Origin: Camelus dromedarius
Taxonomy: Eukaryota
Direction of reading: 5' to 3'
NCBI RefSeq assembly: GCF_036321535.1
Contig: NC_087436.1
Location: forward strand, 35,032,001 to 35,096,000
DNA: 64,000 nt
Positions 1 to 12,799 of this stretch are shown here, one piece after another. The notes beneath the pieces are model-generated. The model worked only from the letters and a program-made list of their open reading frames with translations. It was not told the origin of the DNA and searched no databases. The translations under genes were made by a program, and so were the position numbers. Within the stretch, counting starts at the first letter, position 1, and each line of letters opens with the position of its first letter.

Positions 1-195
1 AACTCTTGCCCGATCACTTCCCTACGGTTGAAACCCTTATTTAATGGCTCCTCATTGCATATTAAATTAAGTTTAAATCCCTCAATTGAGGATTTAACTT
101 CTACCCTACTATGTCTTCTCTCCACCCATAACATAATCTAAAACCACCTTGCCAAGGTTGTACCTCTTTCCTTTCTTACATATCCTGTATTCTGA
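1..195 (+). mobile_element. L2 LINE fragment (old, degenerate)
   Basis: 'tcacttccctacggttgaaacccttatttaatggctcctcattgcat...aaatccctca' resembles the recalled L2 3' region. Confidence 0.55.
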
Positions 196-199
196 ACAC

Positions 200-698
200 T
201 GTAGGAGAAGTAAAACTTTACCTCTACCCTTCTTGGGCTTTTAGCTGGGATCTTTAACAAAAAGACAGATTAACAGGAGAAAAACAGGCAGTTTATGAAT
301 GTTTGCTGTGCACATGGGAGAAATATTGCCAAAAGTAAACTCAGAGTGATGGCTAGAACTCTGGCTTTCTATAGCATCTTCAGCAAAGAACAATACACTT
401 GTAGAGAAATGACAGGAGAAAGAAAAGCAGTTTTACTCTTCCAAGGGCGGCATCTGTAGGAAGGTGAATATATCGGAGGAGTCTAATGTAGTAAGGTTTG
501 TTTGCAAATCACTTTGGTGCTTCTGGGCTGTTAAAAATCTATCTCCAGTAAGAGGAGAATTTATATCCTGCCTCTAGGCAGAAAAGGGAGAGAGTAGAGA
601 GAGTTTTGCTGCATTTGCTGCTTCTTAATTGCCTTCAGCTCAAAACAATTATTTATGTCAGAGGAATATTTTAAGGTCACATATTGTGATTCCCTTCA
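200..698 (-). mobile_element. Solo ERV1 LTR, MER34-like
   Basis: TG..CA ends (tgtagg at 200, cccttca at 698); the minus strand starts TGAAGGGAATCACAATATGTGACC...TTTTGAGCTGAAGGCAATTAAGAAGCAGCAAATGCAG, matching the recalled MER34 start. Confidence 0.8.
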
Positions 699-2799
699 CC
701 ATTCTGGTTTGCTTGACTAATTATCATCCTCATTTTGTACAGGTTGTTCTCTCCAGAAGCATTTCCCATCTTGTTTCTGCCTATTCAAATCGTATCTATT
801 CTTCAAGACCTGTTTCCAAGAAGTCAGCATGTTGGAAGCAAAGGTGAAACACATGAGAGTGATAAGATAGAAGACAATAAAGAAACTGGGGGCCTTTTGT
901 CTGTGGATTTATCTTTCACTAAATCTCTGCCTGACTATGTGTTCTACTATTCAAAATTCCCCTCACTGTTCTGCTCTTTATTGTGGACCCATGACTGGCA
1001 TTTAGCATAGGTTGTGTTTAAAATAGTCTAGACTAGTCCAAATTCTCTAGTCTGTATCATAGCATATGAATCTAATTTCCTCCAGCATCAAGATGGTCAC
1101 AATTTTGCACGTTTGACTGGCAAGTATATGACAAAATAAAGCACGTGGCAATGGATGAATAAGTTAGCATTGGAAGAATATGACAGGCAACTGGAAATTT
1201 TTCTCTCATAATATTTTGTTTAACTTTCTTCCCCTTATGATTTCTTAATTTTCTTCATTACCTTTAATATCTTTATTCACTGGTGCTGGCAGCAGATTGA
1301 ATCATATTGATCAATTTTAATCTCATAAATAAAATTTTATATAACTATAGGCAGCATCATTTGCTTCTAGGTTGAGAGAGAAACCTAGGGCACTGTCTAA
1401 GCAGCACAGATTCTGGTCTCATCGGATGCAGCCTCAGAGTCAGCTGGAAGCCTTCTACCGCATCAGTCACTAGTTATTACTGAGTGACCACCCAAGCATG
1501 GCCCTAGGCTGCACAAAGCCAGTCACAAAGATGTAGCCCTTGTTTAGGTGCTTACAATCTGCAACTTTAATTCACAGTCCTTTTCTTAGGATCTGCCAAG
1601 ATCAAAAGTTCTGCCTGCCAGTTCTCTATGTAGGAAACCATTAATTAACACCTCTTCACAAACAGAGCTAACTCTGATTTTCCTTCTGCTTCATTCATTC
1701 TTTTGTCTTATTATCCCCCTGGCACAAACAGGTAGGATCAAAAGCTGCACCAGATAGTTAACATCACTACCACCCTTAAGTCCGCCCTGGTATTTATGTC
1801 TCTGCCTACCAGACAAGGGTTTCCTTCCCACCTTACCCAAGAGTATAGTCTATTGTGTATCAGAGCTACAAGGATGCAAGCTGACACTCTGGATAGGATG
1901 CTAAACAATGTCAGGGAAATACTAAAAAGCATCCTACTGAGAAAATCATCTGCTTACTAAAGATTAGAACCACACAGGCAAGCCAAACACGCCCAAGTAG
2001 GAAGGAGATATTAAAACGGAAGGTCAGAGGGTGTATGGGTGAATGACTGAAGGAAAGAAATAAATAGAAATCAAGTGACTGAGAGCCAATGAATTACCTA
2101 AAGGCAATGAAAATAAAACAGGATGCATGAATGTTTGGTGATTACATGTAAGTTGGGAAGTTGTGTGTAAATCTAGAGCTCTTACTCAAATTCTATTAAA
2201 TTCTTCTAAAAGTAATCTCATTTATGTTCATATTTTAAACTTTGAGCATAGTTGCTTCTTTCCATTCATTTATAGAACAGGCATTCATATGAACACTGCA
2301 CTTTCCCATGATGACAATTTGAAGGAAAAAAGAGACCACTGGCTTAGCAATGACTGCCAGATGGCAGCTGGGACACAAACACCCCCAGGCACTGCAAAGA
2401 ACTAAAAAGAATAGTTTACTGCAGGTGGTAACACCACTTAAAGCTATGCAAATCATGACTAACAGATTTGAGAATAGTGTGGATTGTTTGTTTGGCATTA
2501 ACAGAGACCTAAATAAAAATCAACTCTGAATCATCAGGGGAAATTAATGACATTTAAATCTATTCTTCTAAGATAAGGATAAAGCATTCCTAGACTGAAT
2601 CTGGGGCTTTTGTGTCCCTGGAAGAATTAGCCTGTAAACTCCTCTGACAAGGCTCTGAATAACTCAAATGAATACAACCTCAGTTCAATTTGGAATTACA
2701 TTACCATTTACAGTTCCACTGGCATCCTTGTTATTCTGGTCTTTAGATAAGTGCCCTTATTATTTATCTTAATGTATTTATTTATTTGTTTGTTTGTTT

Positions 2800-3206
2800 A
2801 ATGGCCACAGCATGCTTCCATGTTTCTGGATATGGTTTAGATTCTGCCAACAGGATGGGCTAGCATGCAATTTGCAAAGCAGAACAAAAAAAAACCCAAT
2901 TTTTCTTTGCCAGAGGTGAGAATCACATAGCGCTGGCATATGAGTTCTTACTATGGCAGTCTGAATCCATTTGGCTGCCAATCACTCACTTTTGGGGTGT
3001 GGGAGAAGCTGAGACACTAGCAATTATTTTTTGCATTTTCCTGACCTCTAGTGGCAGCAACTTCCTGACTTTCTGGATCACGGTTGCATCTGTGACCTCA
3101 CATTTACCTCTCTAGTCCTTCCAACAGTTTTATATGCATCTAACTCCCTGTATTAAATCCATTTCATTTGAAATACCTGGGAGGTTTCTGTTCTCTGAAA
3201 CGAACC
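2800..3206 (+). mobile_element. ERVL LTR fragment, LTR33-like
   Basis: 3' part 'cttccaacagttttatatgcatctaactccctgtattaaatccatttcatttgaaatacctgggaggtttctgtt' matches the recalled LTR33 3' end. Confidence 0.65.
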
Positions 3207-3280
3207 AGCCCCCTCCTCCACTCCTATGGTTAAAATCACACATAGTAGGCAACAGTGGCAGCTGTTATCTTGTTGCTTTG

Positions 3281-4950
3281 TTTTTAAACATCTTTATTCA
3301 GATATAATTCACATACCGTGAAATGTACCCTTTTAAAGTATATGATTCAATGGCTTTCATGTACTGAGTTGTGGGTCCTTCACGACAGCTGATTTTAGAA
3401 CAGATTAATACTCCCCAAAGAAACTCCACACACTTCAACCATCACTCTCCATTGTGACTGCCTTCTTTAACTTACAGTGTTTTTAAGGTTCATCCATGTA
3501 GCATGTATCACTACTTTGTGGCTTTATAGAGCTGAATAATATTCTATTATATAGGTAGAACCACATCTTAAATCTATTCTTCAGTTGAGGAATATTTGGA
3601 TTGTTTTCACTTCTGGCTATTATAAACTTGTATCTATAAATATTCATCTACAATAATGGTTCTTTGAATTTTCATGATATATGTTTTCAGTTCTCGTGAG
3701 TATACACCTAGGAGTAGAATTTCTAGATCATATCGTAACTGTATATTTAATCATTTGAGCAATTCCAGACTATTTTCCAGAGAACCATTTTACATTCCTA
3801 CCACCAGTGAATGAGGGGTCCACTTTTTCCACATCCTTGCCAACACATTTTGTTATCTGCCTTTTTAATTACAGCCACCCTAATGGATGTGATAGTGTAT
3901 CACAGGGATTCTGATTTGCATTTATTTGATAGATAATGATGTCGAATTTCTTTTTTTGTGCTTTTTGGTCATTGTATGGGTTCACTCCTCTTTTTTCAAT
4001 TGGGTTATTTATCTTATTGAGTTGTGAGGATGCTTTATGTATTATAGATACAAGTCCCTTATCATACAGATATTCTGCAAATGTTTTCTCCCAGTCTATG
4101 CACTGTCTTTTCACTTTCTTGATGTTGTCCTTTGAAGAACAAAGCTTTTTTTAAAGGATATCATTTTTATAATACCTTATTTATCTATTATTTCTTGTGT
4201 TGCTTGTGCTTTTAGTGTCATATCTAAGAAACTGCGTAATTCAAGGTTACAGAGATATACCCCTGCATTTTTCCTAAGAGTTTTATAGTTTTAGCTCTCA
4301 CATTTAGACTTTTGATTAATTTTGAAATTATATATATATGAGCTAGTGATCCAAACATAAGTCCTTTTCATGTGGGTATCCATTTTCCAATACCATTTGT
4401 TGAAAAGACATTCTTTTCCCACTTATTTGCCTGGACACCTCAGCCAAAAAAGAAAAAAAGAAAAAAAGAATTGACTGTATATACGAGGGTTTCTTTCTGG
4501 ACTATCAATTCTTTTCCATTGATCTATATGTCTATCTTTATTCCATTACCACAGTCTGGATTGCTATAAAATATTCATTAGTAAGTTTTGAAATTGGGAA
4601 CTCTGTGTTCTCTAATTAAGTTTTTGTTTTAAAAGTTTTTTTTCCTACTCTCAGTCCCTTGAATTTCCACACGAATGTTAGAGTCAGTTTGTCTATTTCT
4701 ATAAAGAAGTCTGCTGGAATTTTTATAGAGATTGTGTTGAATCTGTGGGTCAATTTAAGAAGAATTGCTGCCTTAACAATATTAGTTGTTCCAATTCATG
4801 AACATGGGATGTCTTTCAATTTATTTTGGTTATTTGAATATCTTTCAACAGTATTTTTTTAGTTTTCAGAGTATAAGTTTTATATTTATTTTGTTAAATT
4901 TGTTCCTAAGTATTTGTTGATGCTATTGTAAGTGGTGGTGTCTCCTAATT
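3281..4950 (-). mobile_element. 5'-truncated LINE-1 (L1MB-like): 3' UTR plus decayed ORF2 C-terminal part
   Basis: Begins 'ttttaaacatctttattcagatataattcacatacc' (L1MB-type 3' end); ORF 3869..4114(-) MKRQCIDWEKTFAEYLYDKGLVSIIHK is a degenerate L1 ORF2 motif (KRQPTEWEKIFANHISDKGL). Confidence 0.92.
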
Positions 4951-5936
4951 GACAATAGGTATCCTGCTCATTTTATATCAGTTTTTGCTTCTGAGGGGTG
5001 ATGGTCTAGCTTTTAACCTGCCATAGAAATTTCAAGTCAAGGTTATACATTCCACTTGACTATTGTATTAATGCAGACAAATCCAAACATATCCTCCAAT
5101 CAGGTTAAAATGTGAACTAAGTTTTAGCTGATATGGATGATGTCCTTCTTTGAGATGTTCCACTTGAGCTGCTCCACAGTATATTTCACATACACCCTGA
5201 TAATTAAAGTTTGGTGCCATTTTAACATCCATTTTGCATAGTGTGAAAATAAATAGGGAAACAGATGGAGAGTGACTTTATTTTTATAGAAAAAAATATT
5301 GGTTCACTCTGGGTAATTGTAATATTGTTGTAATAATCAATTTTTTAAAAAATATTTTAGCAGTCACCAAATTTTCTTCAATCTGCATGGGCAACTTTCA
5401 TAACACAAAGAAGGATGATATGTAGAAAAAAACAAAGCAATGGGTTTATCCAAAATACATCTACTAATGGAAGTGTGGCCTGAATATAACAGAGAAATAA
5501 CTTCAATCTTTAAAGGCAATTTCTGTTACTAAAAACATGGTCTGGTTTTGGTGGTGCTGCTTCCATGATGCTCTTTGCTGAACTTTTTACATTCTTTCCA
5601 GTTGTCCAGGTTTGTTCTCACTGCTGTCATTATAGCAGGATGAGGGATAGCAGGTACTAATTACAGAATAAATGAAATAATAAAAATTTCCAAAAGGTAT
5701 AAGAATTTCTGTAGGAAGAGTGTTCTAAAGATCATGTTGCTTTTCACCTAATAAATGTGTTTTAAATTCAGCCCTCCTCCTTATTGTGCTTTATGCCACA
5801 GAATTATTTCAGGTCATCATTGCCTTACACTTTGAAATAGCCTGGTAGCCTCCATCACTACTTATTGCCCATTTAGGACAACTGCACATCATGGTCAGAT
5901 TGGACTGCCTAAATTCTAAAATATAACATCACTTTC

Positions 5937-6406
5937 TGTAGCTGGCTGAATGGTGGGCCTCCCAAAAGATATAATCATGTCCCAGGACCTGTGAATGTAA
6001 CCTTATTTGGGGGAAAAAAAAAAGCTTTTTTGCGAATATAATTAAGAACATTAAGATGAAATCATTTTGGATTAAGCAGATGGGTCTTAAATCCACTTGT
6101 CCTTATAAGGACAAGTATCTTTATAAGAGACACACAAAGCAGTGACCTACAGAGAAGAGGAAAAGTCCATGTAAAGATGGAGGCAGAGATTGGAATTACA
6201 CAACCATGAGTAAAGAAGAGCTCAGAGCCACCAGAAGCTGGAGGAAGCAAGGAAGGAGCCTCTCCTAGAGTCTTTAGAGGGAGTGTGGCCCTGCCAACAC
6301 CTTGATTTCAGACTTGGACTCTAGAATTGTCAGAAAATAAATTTTTGTTGTTTTGAACCACCAAGTTTATGATAGTTTGTTACAATACCACTAGGGAATA
6401 AATATA
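5937..6406 (+). mobile_element. Solo MaLR LTR, MLT1C-like
   Basis: Starts tgtag; contains 'gtgaatgtaaccttatttgg', 'agatggaggcagagattgga', 'ccaccagaagctggaggaagcaaggaagga', 'gtgtggccctgccaacaccttgatttcagac'; ends aaatata; imperfect 5-bp flank match ctttc/cttct. Confidence 0.9.
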
Positions 6407-6449
6407 CTTCTCCATCTCTATATTCTTGTTAGATCTCTATAAAGTAAAA

Positions 6450-6538
6450 CTGTGTTTCTCAAATTTAAGAACTCATAAACCCTTAAGAATATTTCTATAG
6501 GCCCCTGGGGTCCATGGACCCCATGTTGAGAAATATTG
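6450..6538. mobile_element. Short non-autonomous hAT-Charlie element (MITE-like)
   Basis: Imperfect terminal inverted repeats ctgtgtttctcaa / ttgagaaatattg; internal palindrome tggggtccatggacccca (6506-6523). Confidence 0.55.
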
Positions 6539-6564
6539 CAAACACTTGTCACCACTTGTTTCTG

Positions 6565-8460
6565 CATTCAGTGAGTATTTCTTATGTACTAGACATTGTT
6601 GATGTCATGGGAAGTACATCAGAAATGAGATTGGCACAATCTCTACCCTTTTGAAATTTATATATCCATGGGAAGAATGAGTGAGATAATTTGGATAGTT
6701 GCAACAACTATAAATAAAGCACAGGCTCATGGGATAGAGAATGAACACAGTGCCAAACACTTCTACTTTCAAATGAATGGTCAGGAAGCTCTTCATTGAG
6801 GAGATGACTCTTAGGCAGGAAATGGATAAAATGAAGCAGCCACTCAAGCAAAGTGAGATAATTGCATTTTAGATGGAGAGTGTAGGAGATTATAAGAGAA
6901 AGGTACTTGGGGCTTGATTCTGCACAGCCTCGTAGGCACTGATGGAGAGTGCAGATGTTAATCTAGGCACAAGGCACAATCATTCGTAGGTTTTAAGCAG
7001 GAAAGTGCTGTGATGTGATCTTTCTTTTGTGAGAATAAAATCACTCTGTCTGCTTTGTTGAAAATTGATGTAAATTCCTCACTGAGAGCATCAAAAAGAA
7101 GTGGGGAAATGAGCTGGAATCTCAGACAGAGAGGAAAGACATACAAGCGGGAAGACCTGGAAAGACGAATGTCGTATTTTGGAGGCACAACTAACAGATC
7201 CTTTTGTTGGAATAGATGCAGAAAGTGGGGACAAGAGGAATTCTGGATGAAGGAAGTTATCTTTTTGAAGTTAGAAAAGACGTAGGGGGGCTCAGGTGGT
7301 ACAGTGCATGCCTAGCATGAGTGAGGTCCTGGGTTCAATCCCCAGTGCCTCCTCTAAAAGTAAATAAATAAATGAGTAAATCTAATTACCTGCCCCTTCC
7401 AAAAAAAAGAAAGAAACAAAGAAACAAACAAACATAAAACAAAGCGAAGCACGGGCTATGGAGAGAACTGGAAGCACTTGGGATAAATTTTACAAAAAAA
7501 GAAAAAAAGAAGAGGTAGGGGACAAACAGATTTGGAGAAGGGGAAATTAAGAATTCTACTTTGGACGTGTGATGTTTAAAAATATTCAAGTAAAACTGAC
7601 ATGTTGACATTTGCATAAATGAAGTAAAAGCTCATTGAAGAGGTCAGGACTAAATGTATATAATTGGGAGTTATCAGCAGGTAGATGGTGGTTAAAGAAA
7701 ATAGACTGGATGAAATCAGTATCAGAGAAAACAGACAAGAATAGGAAAAGGGAAGGGAGGAGAGGAGAGCAGAGAGAAGAGGAGAGGAGAAAGACTGAGC
7801 TCTAGGGAATGCCAGCATTTTAAATTCCTGCAGATCAGGGGATCTTACCATAAGAGAAAGCCTGGAGAGTATAATCTCATAGAAACAAAGAGGAGAAAGT
7901 GTTTCAACTGGGAATGATTTCTCAGCTCCACTGTATGCTGCTGAAAGTTTGTATAAAGTGAAGAACAGAGCACTGATCTTGTAATGTGGAGGTAACTGGT
8001 GATTTTCACAAGAGCAGCTGTAGTAGAATTTTGAACATGGAACTTCAACTGGAATAGATTCAGTACAGGGTGAGAGGTGACAAAGTGGGGAGAGGAACTA
8101 GGTATTACCATTGGAGTTGTTATTGTTGTTTTTCTAGAATGGAAGTAGAGTGATAAAATAATATGTAGAGGGATATGTTGGACCATGGGTAGAATTTTGT
8201 AAGATAGGAGACAAAAGATCATATTTGTGTACAGGTGGAGATGAGTAAGGAAGAAGCTGATGAATTAAGAAAGAAAAGAGATACTGGCATCAGAGAAGCC
8301 CTTGGGGAGCAAAAGAGGATGGCACTCCAGGCGCACAAGGGATAGCTTCTTGATAGAAGCAGGAAATCTTCCTTTACGATATCAAGAGGGAAGAAAAACA
8401 ATTTTAGGTTAGAAGCAGGTAGGTTGCCAGCAGCTGTATTAGCATTTAAAGTGGCCATCT
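6565..8460 (-). mobile_element. L2 LINE (long fragment, interrupted by a SINE)
   Basis: Purine-rich antisense L2 signatures such as 'gtcaggaagctcttcattgaggagatgac', 'ggttttaagcaggaaagtgctgtgatgtgatc', 'aatcactctgtctgct', 'ggagttatcagcaggtagatggt'. Confidence 0.8.
7285..7444 (+). mobile_element. tRNA-derived SINE of camelid type (Vic-1-like)
   Basis: tRNA-like head 'gctcaggtggtacagtgcatgcctagcatgagtgaggtcctgggttcaatccccagt' with Pol III B-box GGTTCAATCC (7332-7341), then 'taaataaataaatgagtaaatctaattacctgcccc' and an A-rich tail. Confidence 0.88.
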
Positions 8461-9094
8461 AATGTTCCAGAATACTCATTAATTTTAGATAATCATCAAA
8501 ATTTTAGAATCACAAACACCTGAGAATGTTATCAGCCCACTCAGTTTGATAAATAAAAGCCTACAAAATGAAGTCCAAATTTGTAATCTTAATTTCATGA
8601 ACTCATGAGGCCAGTTTCTTAAATATGTATATGACTCTTCATCATTCTTTTTTCTTTAGAAGGAAAGTCTATCTCATTAAAAAGCTTTTGTAAACATTGT
8701 AATATTCCTCGGCCAAAGTTTAAACTGGAACAGAGGATACTTGGGGAATACATCTCCTTAGCCATCTTTGTCCTTTTTGACCTTGAGGGTTAACAGTTTT
8801 GTACTAGAGATTTTATTTTCCATTTATATAAACCCTAGACTGTTTGCAGTGATTCAGCCTATTGTTTTACCATTCATTATTTTGAACTATTCTTTATTGT
8901 CCTAGAGAAGATACAGTCTTCCCACACTTCTGGCATGAACTTTGTCCACATGGAATGCTGTTAGGCTCACCATTCTATTCCATTTCCTAGCGTAGCACTC
9001 ACTTGATCAATTGCTTTTGGAAGGTTGCTGGGAAATTGAAGACATGCAAATACATAATATAATAGAAGTCATATTTTCCACATATATTGTGCTA

Positions 9095-9560
9095 ATGTGT
9101 AATTCAGAAGGAGGGAAGCATATTTTTAGCTTAGAGGGGGTCTAAGGCAGGGTTCACTAAAGAGGTGAAGTCCTATCTGAGCAGAACAGTGAAGAATGTT
9201 AACTGTCTTTGGTACAGGATGAGGAAAAGGACCAGCCAAGGAAAGAAACCAGCATGATTAAAGGACAGAATATATACCAACCCTGAGTTTGGCTGGAGCA
9301 TAGGTACATGAAAGGAAATTGTGAAATGGAATTGTAAATGTAAATTCAGATCTCGGTAGAAAACGATCTAGCTTGGAGATACAGGTCAAGCACTGCCAGC
9401 ACAGATGTGAAGTTAATGGCTAGCCACTGACGTTTATTAAGACGGGAAGTGGGAGGAGTTACATGCTGGGAGCTATGCTTTTGAAAGATAGATGAGGCAG
9501 CTATGTGCCTGGAAGAAAAGTTGGAAGGCTGTGACCAGCAATTGTTGTCAACCTTGTGAA
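9095..9560 (-). mobile_element. L2 LINE fragment
   Basis: 'ggcagggttcactaaagaggtgaagtcctatctgagc', 'ggctggagcatag', 'ttttgaaagata' are degenerate antisense L2 motifs. Confidence 0.55.
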
Positions 9561-10609
9561 AGATCTTCCTTTGGAAAAGGAGGTTAAACTAGGCACATAC
9601 CATGGTCAATGTCTGTTCTTTTTCCACTAGGTTTCTTTTAAAATTCAATAGTTTAAACAAATGGAAAAAATGTCCAGATAAAATAAGGTCAGAAATTTTA
9701 TTGACTCCTTAAACAATCTTTAAATGAGGAAGGCAAGGACCTTACTTTCTGCTGAGATTTTTCCTGAAAGCTTGCCAAAGTGGAACACTTAAGAAAATGC
9801 TGATCATTTGTCAAGAACCCCAGATTTGTTACTCGTAAAAGGATCAGTATTTTAGAGCTGGGATAGGTCCTAGTAACATCAGCTAAATATTTTACAGTGC
9901 CCCATACATTGTTTTTGAAAGCTTTCTGATTTATTCTGAGGGAAAAGATGACATCCTTATTTTTCAATGCATGAGTTACATATCCACTTAAGTGTTTATT
10001 CTGTTGTTTTTCTTTTCTTCTAAATGACCTTAATTATATCTTTATTTCTATATTTATCTGCCTAAAATGTACATGGAAATATAGGACAGGGTAAGGCCTG
10101 CTTAAGGGACATGATAAAGATGGCATTGAACTTACTGGCATGCAGAATGTGATATGGTGCATAAAACTACCTAACTTTCCCTGCTTAGGAGACCCTTCAT
10201 TCTAAGAGTGAGAGTCGAAATCTCTGAGGATTTTAAAATAAATATATTATTTGTATCTTACTTTTTTAGGAGAGGGGCTTGCTTGCTTTCACATACATAA
10301 TAAAAAATTGCTTAGAGGGAAATAAAAAAGGCGACATGCTTTCATGGATGATTTATAAATAATTGAAGATATGCATAAAAAAATCTACATTTTAAATGCA
10401 CTGTCCTTCCAAACAAATATATAGAAATAATAAAGTTTACTGTAAAGTAATTGTACTGTAAAATCTTTAGTAAGTCATGTTGCATCTTGAACCACAAGTG
10501 ATAACCCCAGAATAATCCAAGGTACAGGTTGTTCATTGATTGTTTTCTATTCTCAGAAGAAATGAAAGAAAATTTTCTACTTTCATAGTAATTAGCTCAC
10601 ATTTCAGGT

Positions 10610-11700
10610 CAGGAAACAAAATGAAGCTGATTTAGCTATGATTTCAGACAAAAAAAAGACATTAAAGCAAAATACATTTTAGGGTTTCTATAAAAATGAT
10701 CAAAGTTTAAATTCACCCAAAGATATAACAATTTTAACTGCATTTGCCTCTAATAAGATAACCTCATATTGTATACATTTTTTTAAAAAAATTGATAGAA
10801 TTACTGAGGAGGTTAAGGTAAATCTACTAATGTAGAGGGAGAATTTAACATTCTTCTATTAATCACTGAAAAGGCAAATAGCCAAAAAATAATTTAAGAT
10901 ACGCTTTGAACAGTAAAAATAACAAGTTTATTCTAATGGAGTTGCACAGATTTTTGTACTCTGAGAGTAAACACATTTTTCTTGAGTGTATATGGCATAT
11001 TTACAAAATTGATTATTTAGGTCATGAATCAGGTACCAATAACTTTCAAAGCATTGAGATCATGCAGATCACGTTTTCTCAGGATCATGCAATTCAGTTA
11101 AACATGTAAAAGAGCAACAACAAAAGATGAATAAACAAACCCCATCCCCTTTATTTGGAAATTTAAAAAAAATTATCTAAACAATTTGTGAAAAAATTTG
11201 GCCATGTAAATTTTTAAAAATAATTAACTAAGGATAGCTACACTGTACATCAGGCCCTATGGAAAAATTCAGAAACTATATTTTGAAGGAAATGCATAGC
11301 CTTAAATCTTTATACTAGGGAAGAAATAGGGTTGGAATTAGTTATAAAAGGCACACAGAATAAATTCCAAATTTAAAGGACTAATGGGAGCAAATCAATG
11401 AACTAGAAACACTTGCCCAAGAATACCATGTGTACTAAGGCAAGACTGTTCATAATAACAAAAACTTAAAAGAGCACAAATGCTAATCAATAGTAGAAGA
11501 CACACATGAATTATAGCCACAATGGAATATTAAACAGCAGTAAAACTGAATGAAAGAAATCCACAAGAGATTGAATATATCTTGGTATTAACCTGTCATA
11601 CAAATACACTGGGGAGTATCTGAAAGAAGGAAAATATCCCCAAAGACAGTACATAGTATGAACTACTATCAACTTTAAAAACAAGCATTATATTTTTCAG
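10610..11700 (+). mobile_element. Old LINE-1 (L1ME/L1M5-like): decayed ORF2 endonuclease region joined to 3'-end pieces
   Basis: ORF 10906..11109 (HIYKIDYLGHESGTNNFQSIEIMQITFSQDHAIQL) aligns by eye to the L1 endonuclease segment TFTKIDHILGHK..LNKF..IEII...FSDHN.IKL; upstream DNA resembles the VAILISDK and VGDFNTPLS coding segments. Confidence 0.8.
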
Positions 11701-11702
11701 TT

Positions 11703-12470
11703 AAACTTTTTATTTTGAGATAATTGTAGATTCACATATTATTGTAAGAAATACCAGAGAGAGATCCTGGACTCTTTATGCAGTGTCTCCCACTAGTAAC
11801 ATCTTACAAAACTATACCACGATATCACAACAAGGAGAACACAGATACAAACCACCAGCCTTATTCAGATTCCCCAAGTTTAACTTGTACTCCTTTTTGT
11901 GGGTATATTTAGTTCTATGGAATTTTATTACATGTATAGGTTTCCGGGTCAAGCATTATAGTCAAGATATAGAAGAACCCATCTCAAGGATCCCTCCTGT
12001 TTCTTTTTTATAACCACACCTCCCAGGCCTTATCCCTAACTTCTGATAACCACTGATCTGTTCTACATTTCTATATCTTTGTTATTTCAAGAATCTTATA
12101 TGAATGGAATCATGTAGTATGTAATTTTGGGGGACTGAGTTTTTTCTGCCATTATTACTCCCTGTTGATTCATCTATGTTGTTGCCTGTATTAGCCATTT
12201 TCCCATTTTATTGTTGAGTAGTTTTTCATGGTGTGGATGCACCACAGTTGGTTTAACCATTTGCCTGTGAAGGACATCTGGGTTGATTTCAGTTTGTAGC
12301 TCTTATGAATAAAGCTGTTATTTTTCATGTACAGATTTTTTGTTCGTTTTAATGAACATAAGTTTCCATTTCTCTGGAATAAATGCCTGAGTTTTCCATA
12401 GCTCTGCTATATAATTGTGCATATTTAGTATTATAAGAAAGTATCAAACTGTTTTCTAAAGTGGCTGTAC
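11703..12470 (-). mobile_element. LINE-1 3' end (L1MC1-like) nested in the older L1
   Basis: Starts 'tttttattttgagataattgtagattcacat...gtaagaaata..agagagatcc', the recalled L1MC-type 3' terminus; continues into antisense ORF2-end sequence. Confidence 0.85.
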
Positions 12471-12609
12471 CACACATACACGCACACATACACACACACA
12501 TAACACACACATACACACACAGACACACACGTAACACATATACACACACAACACACACATACACACATGTACACACACACGTACACATACACAACACACA
12601 CACACACAC
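12471..12609. repeat. Imperfect (CA)n microsatellite, about 140 bp
   Basis: Direct reading: cacacatacacgcacacatacacacacaca... Confidence 0.97.
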
Positions 12610-12610
12610 C

Positions 12611-12794
12611 AATTGAATGCATGCCGTCCCTGAGAAAGGAAGTGACCTTGGATCTTGGATGTGAAGACTCTCAGGTAATTCCAAGAGAGAGATACAGGAA
12701 AACGTGCCAATCATCAACTTTCCCAGTACTTAGCTGAGTAAGTTCCTCAATCATAAACAGATGATCCCAGCAGCTAACCTCAGCATCCACTACA
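12611..12794 (-). mobile_element. ERVL LTR fragment, LTR16-like
   Basis: Ends 'cagcatccactaca', which is TGTAGTGGATGCTG on the minus strand (recalled LTR16-family start); also 'gagaaaggaagtgaccttgg'. Confidence 0.55.
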
Positions 12795-12799
12795 AGTAG

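Noticed and set aside
6506..6523. 18-bp palindrome tggggtccatggacccca
   Set aside because: Sits in the subterminal part of a hAT-Charlie MITE, where such palindromes are expected.
7285..7355. tRNA-Ala-like sequence
   Set aside because: Degenerate 5' end and stems, followed by a SINE body and A-rich tail; it is a SINE head, not a functional tRNA gene.
9698..9967. 89-aa minus-strand ORF containing a good donor (AAA|GTAAGG)
   Set aside because: No convincing acceptor or protein similarity; isolated donor-like sites are common.
12349..12717. Cys/Val-rich ORFs in three frames
   Set aside because: Translation of the (TG)n/(CA)n microsatellite.
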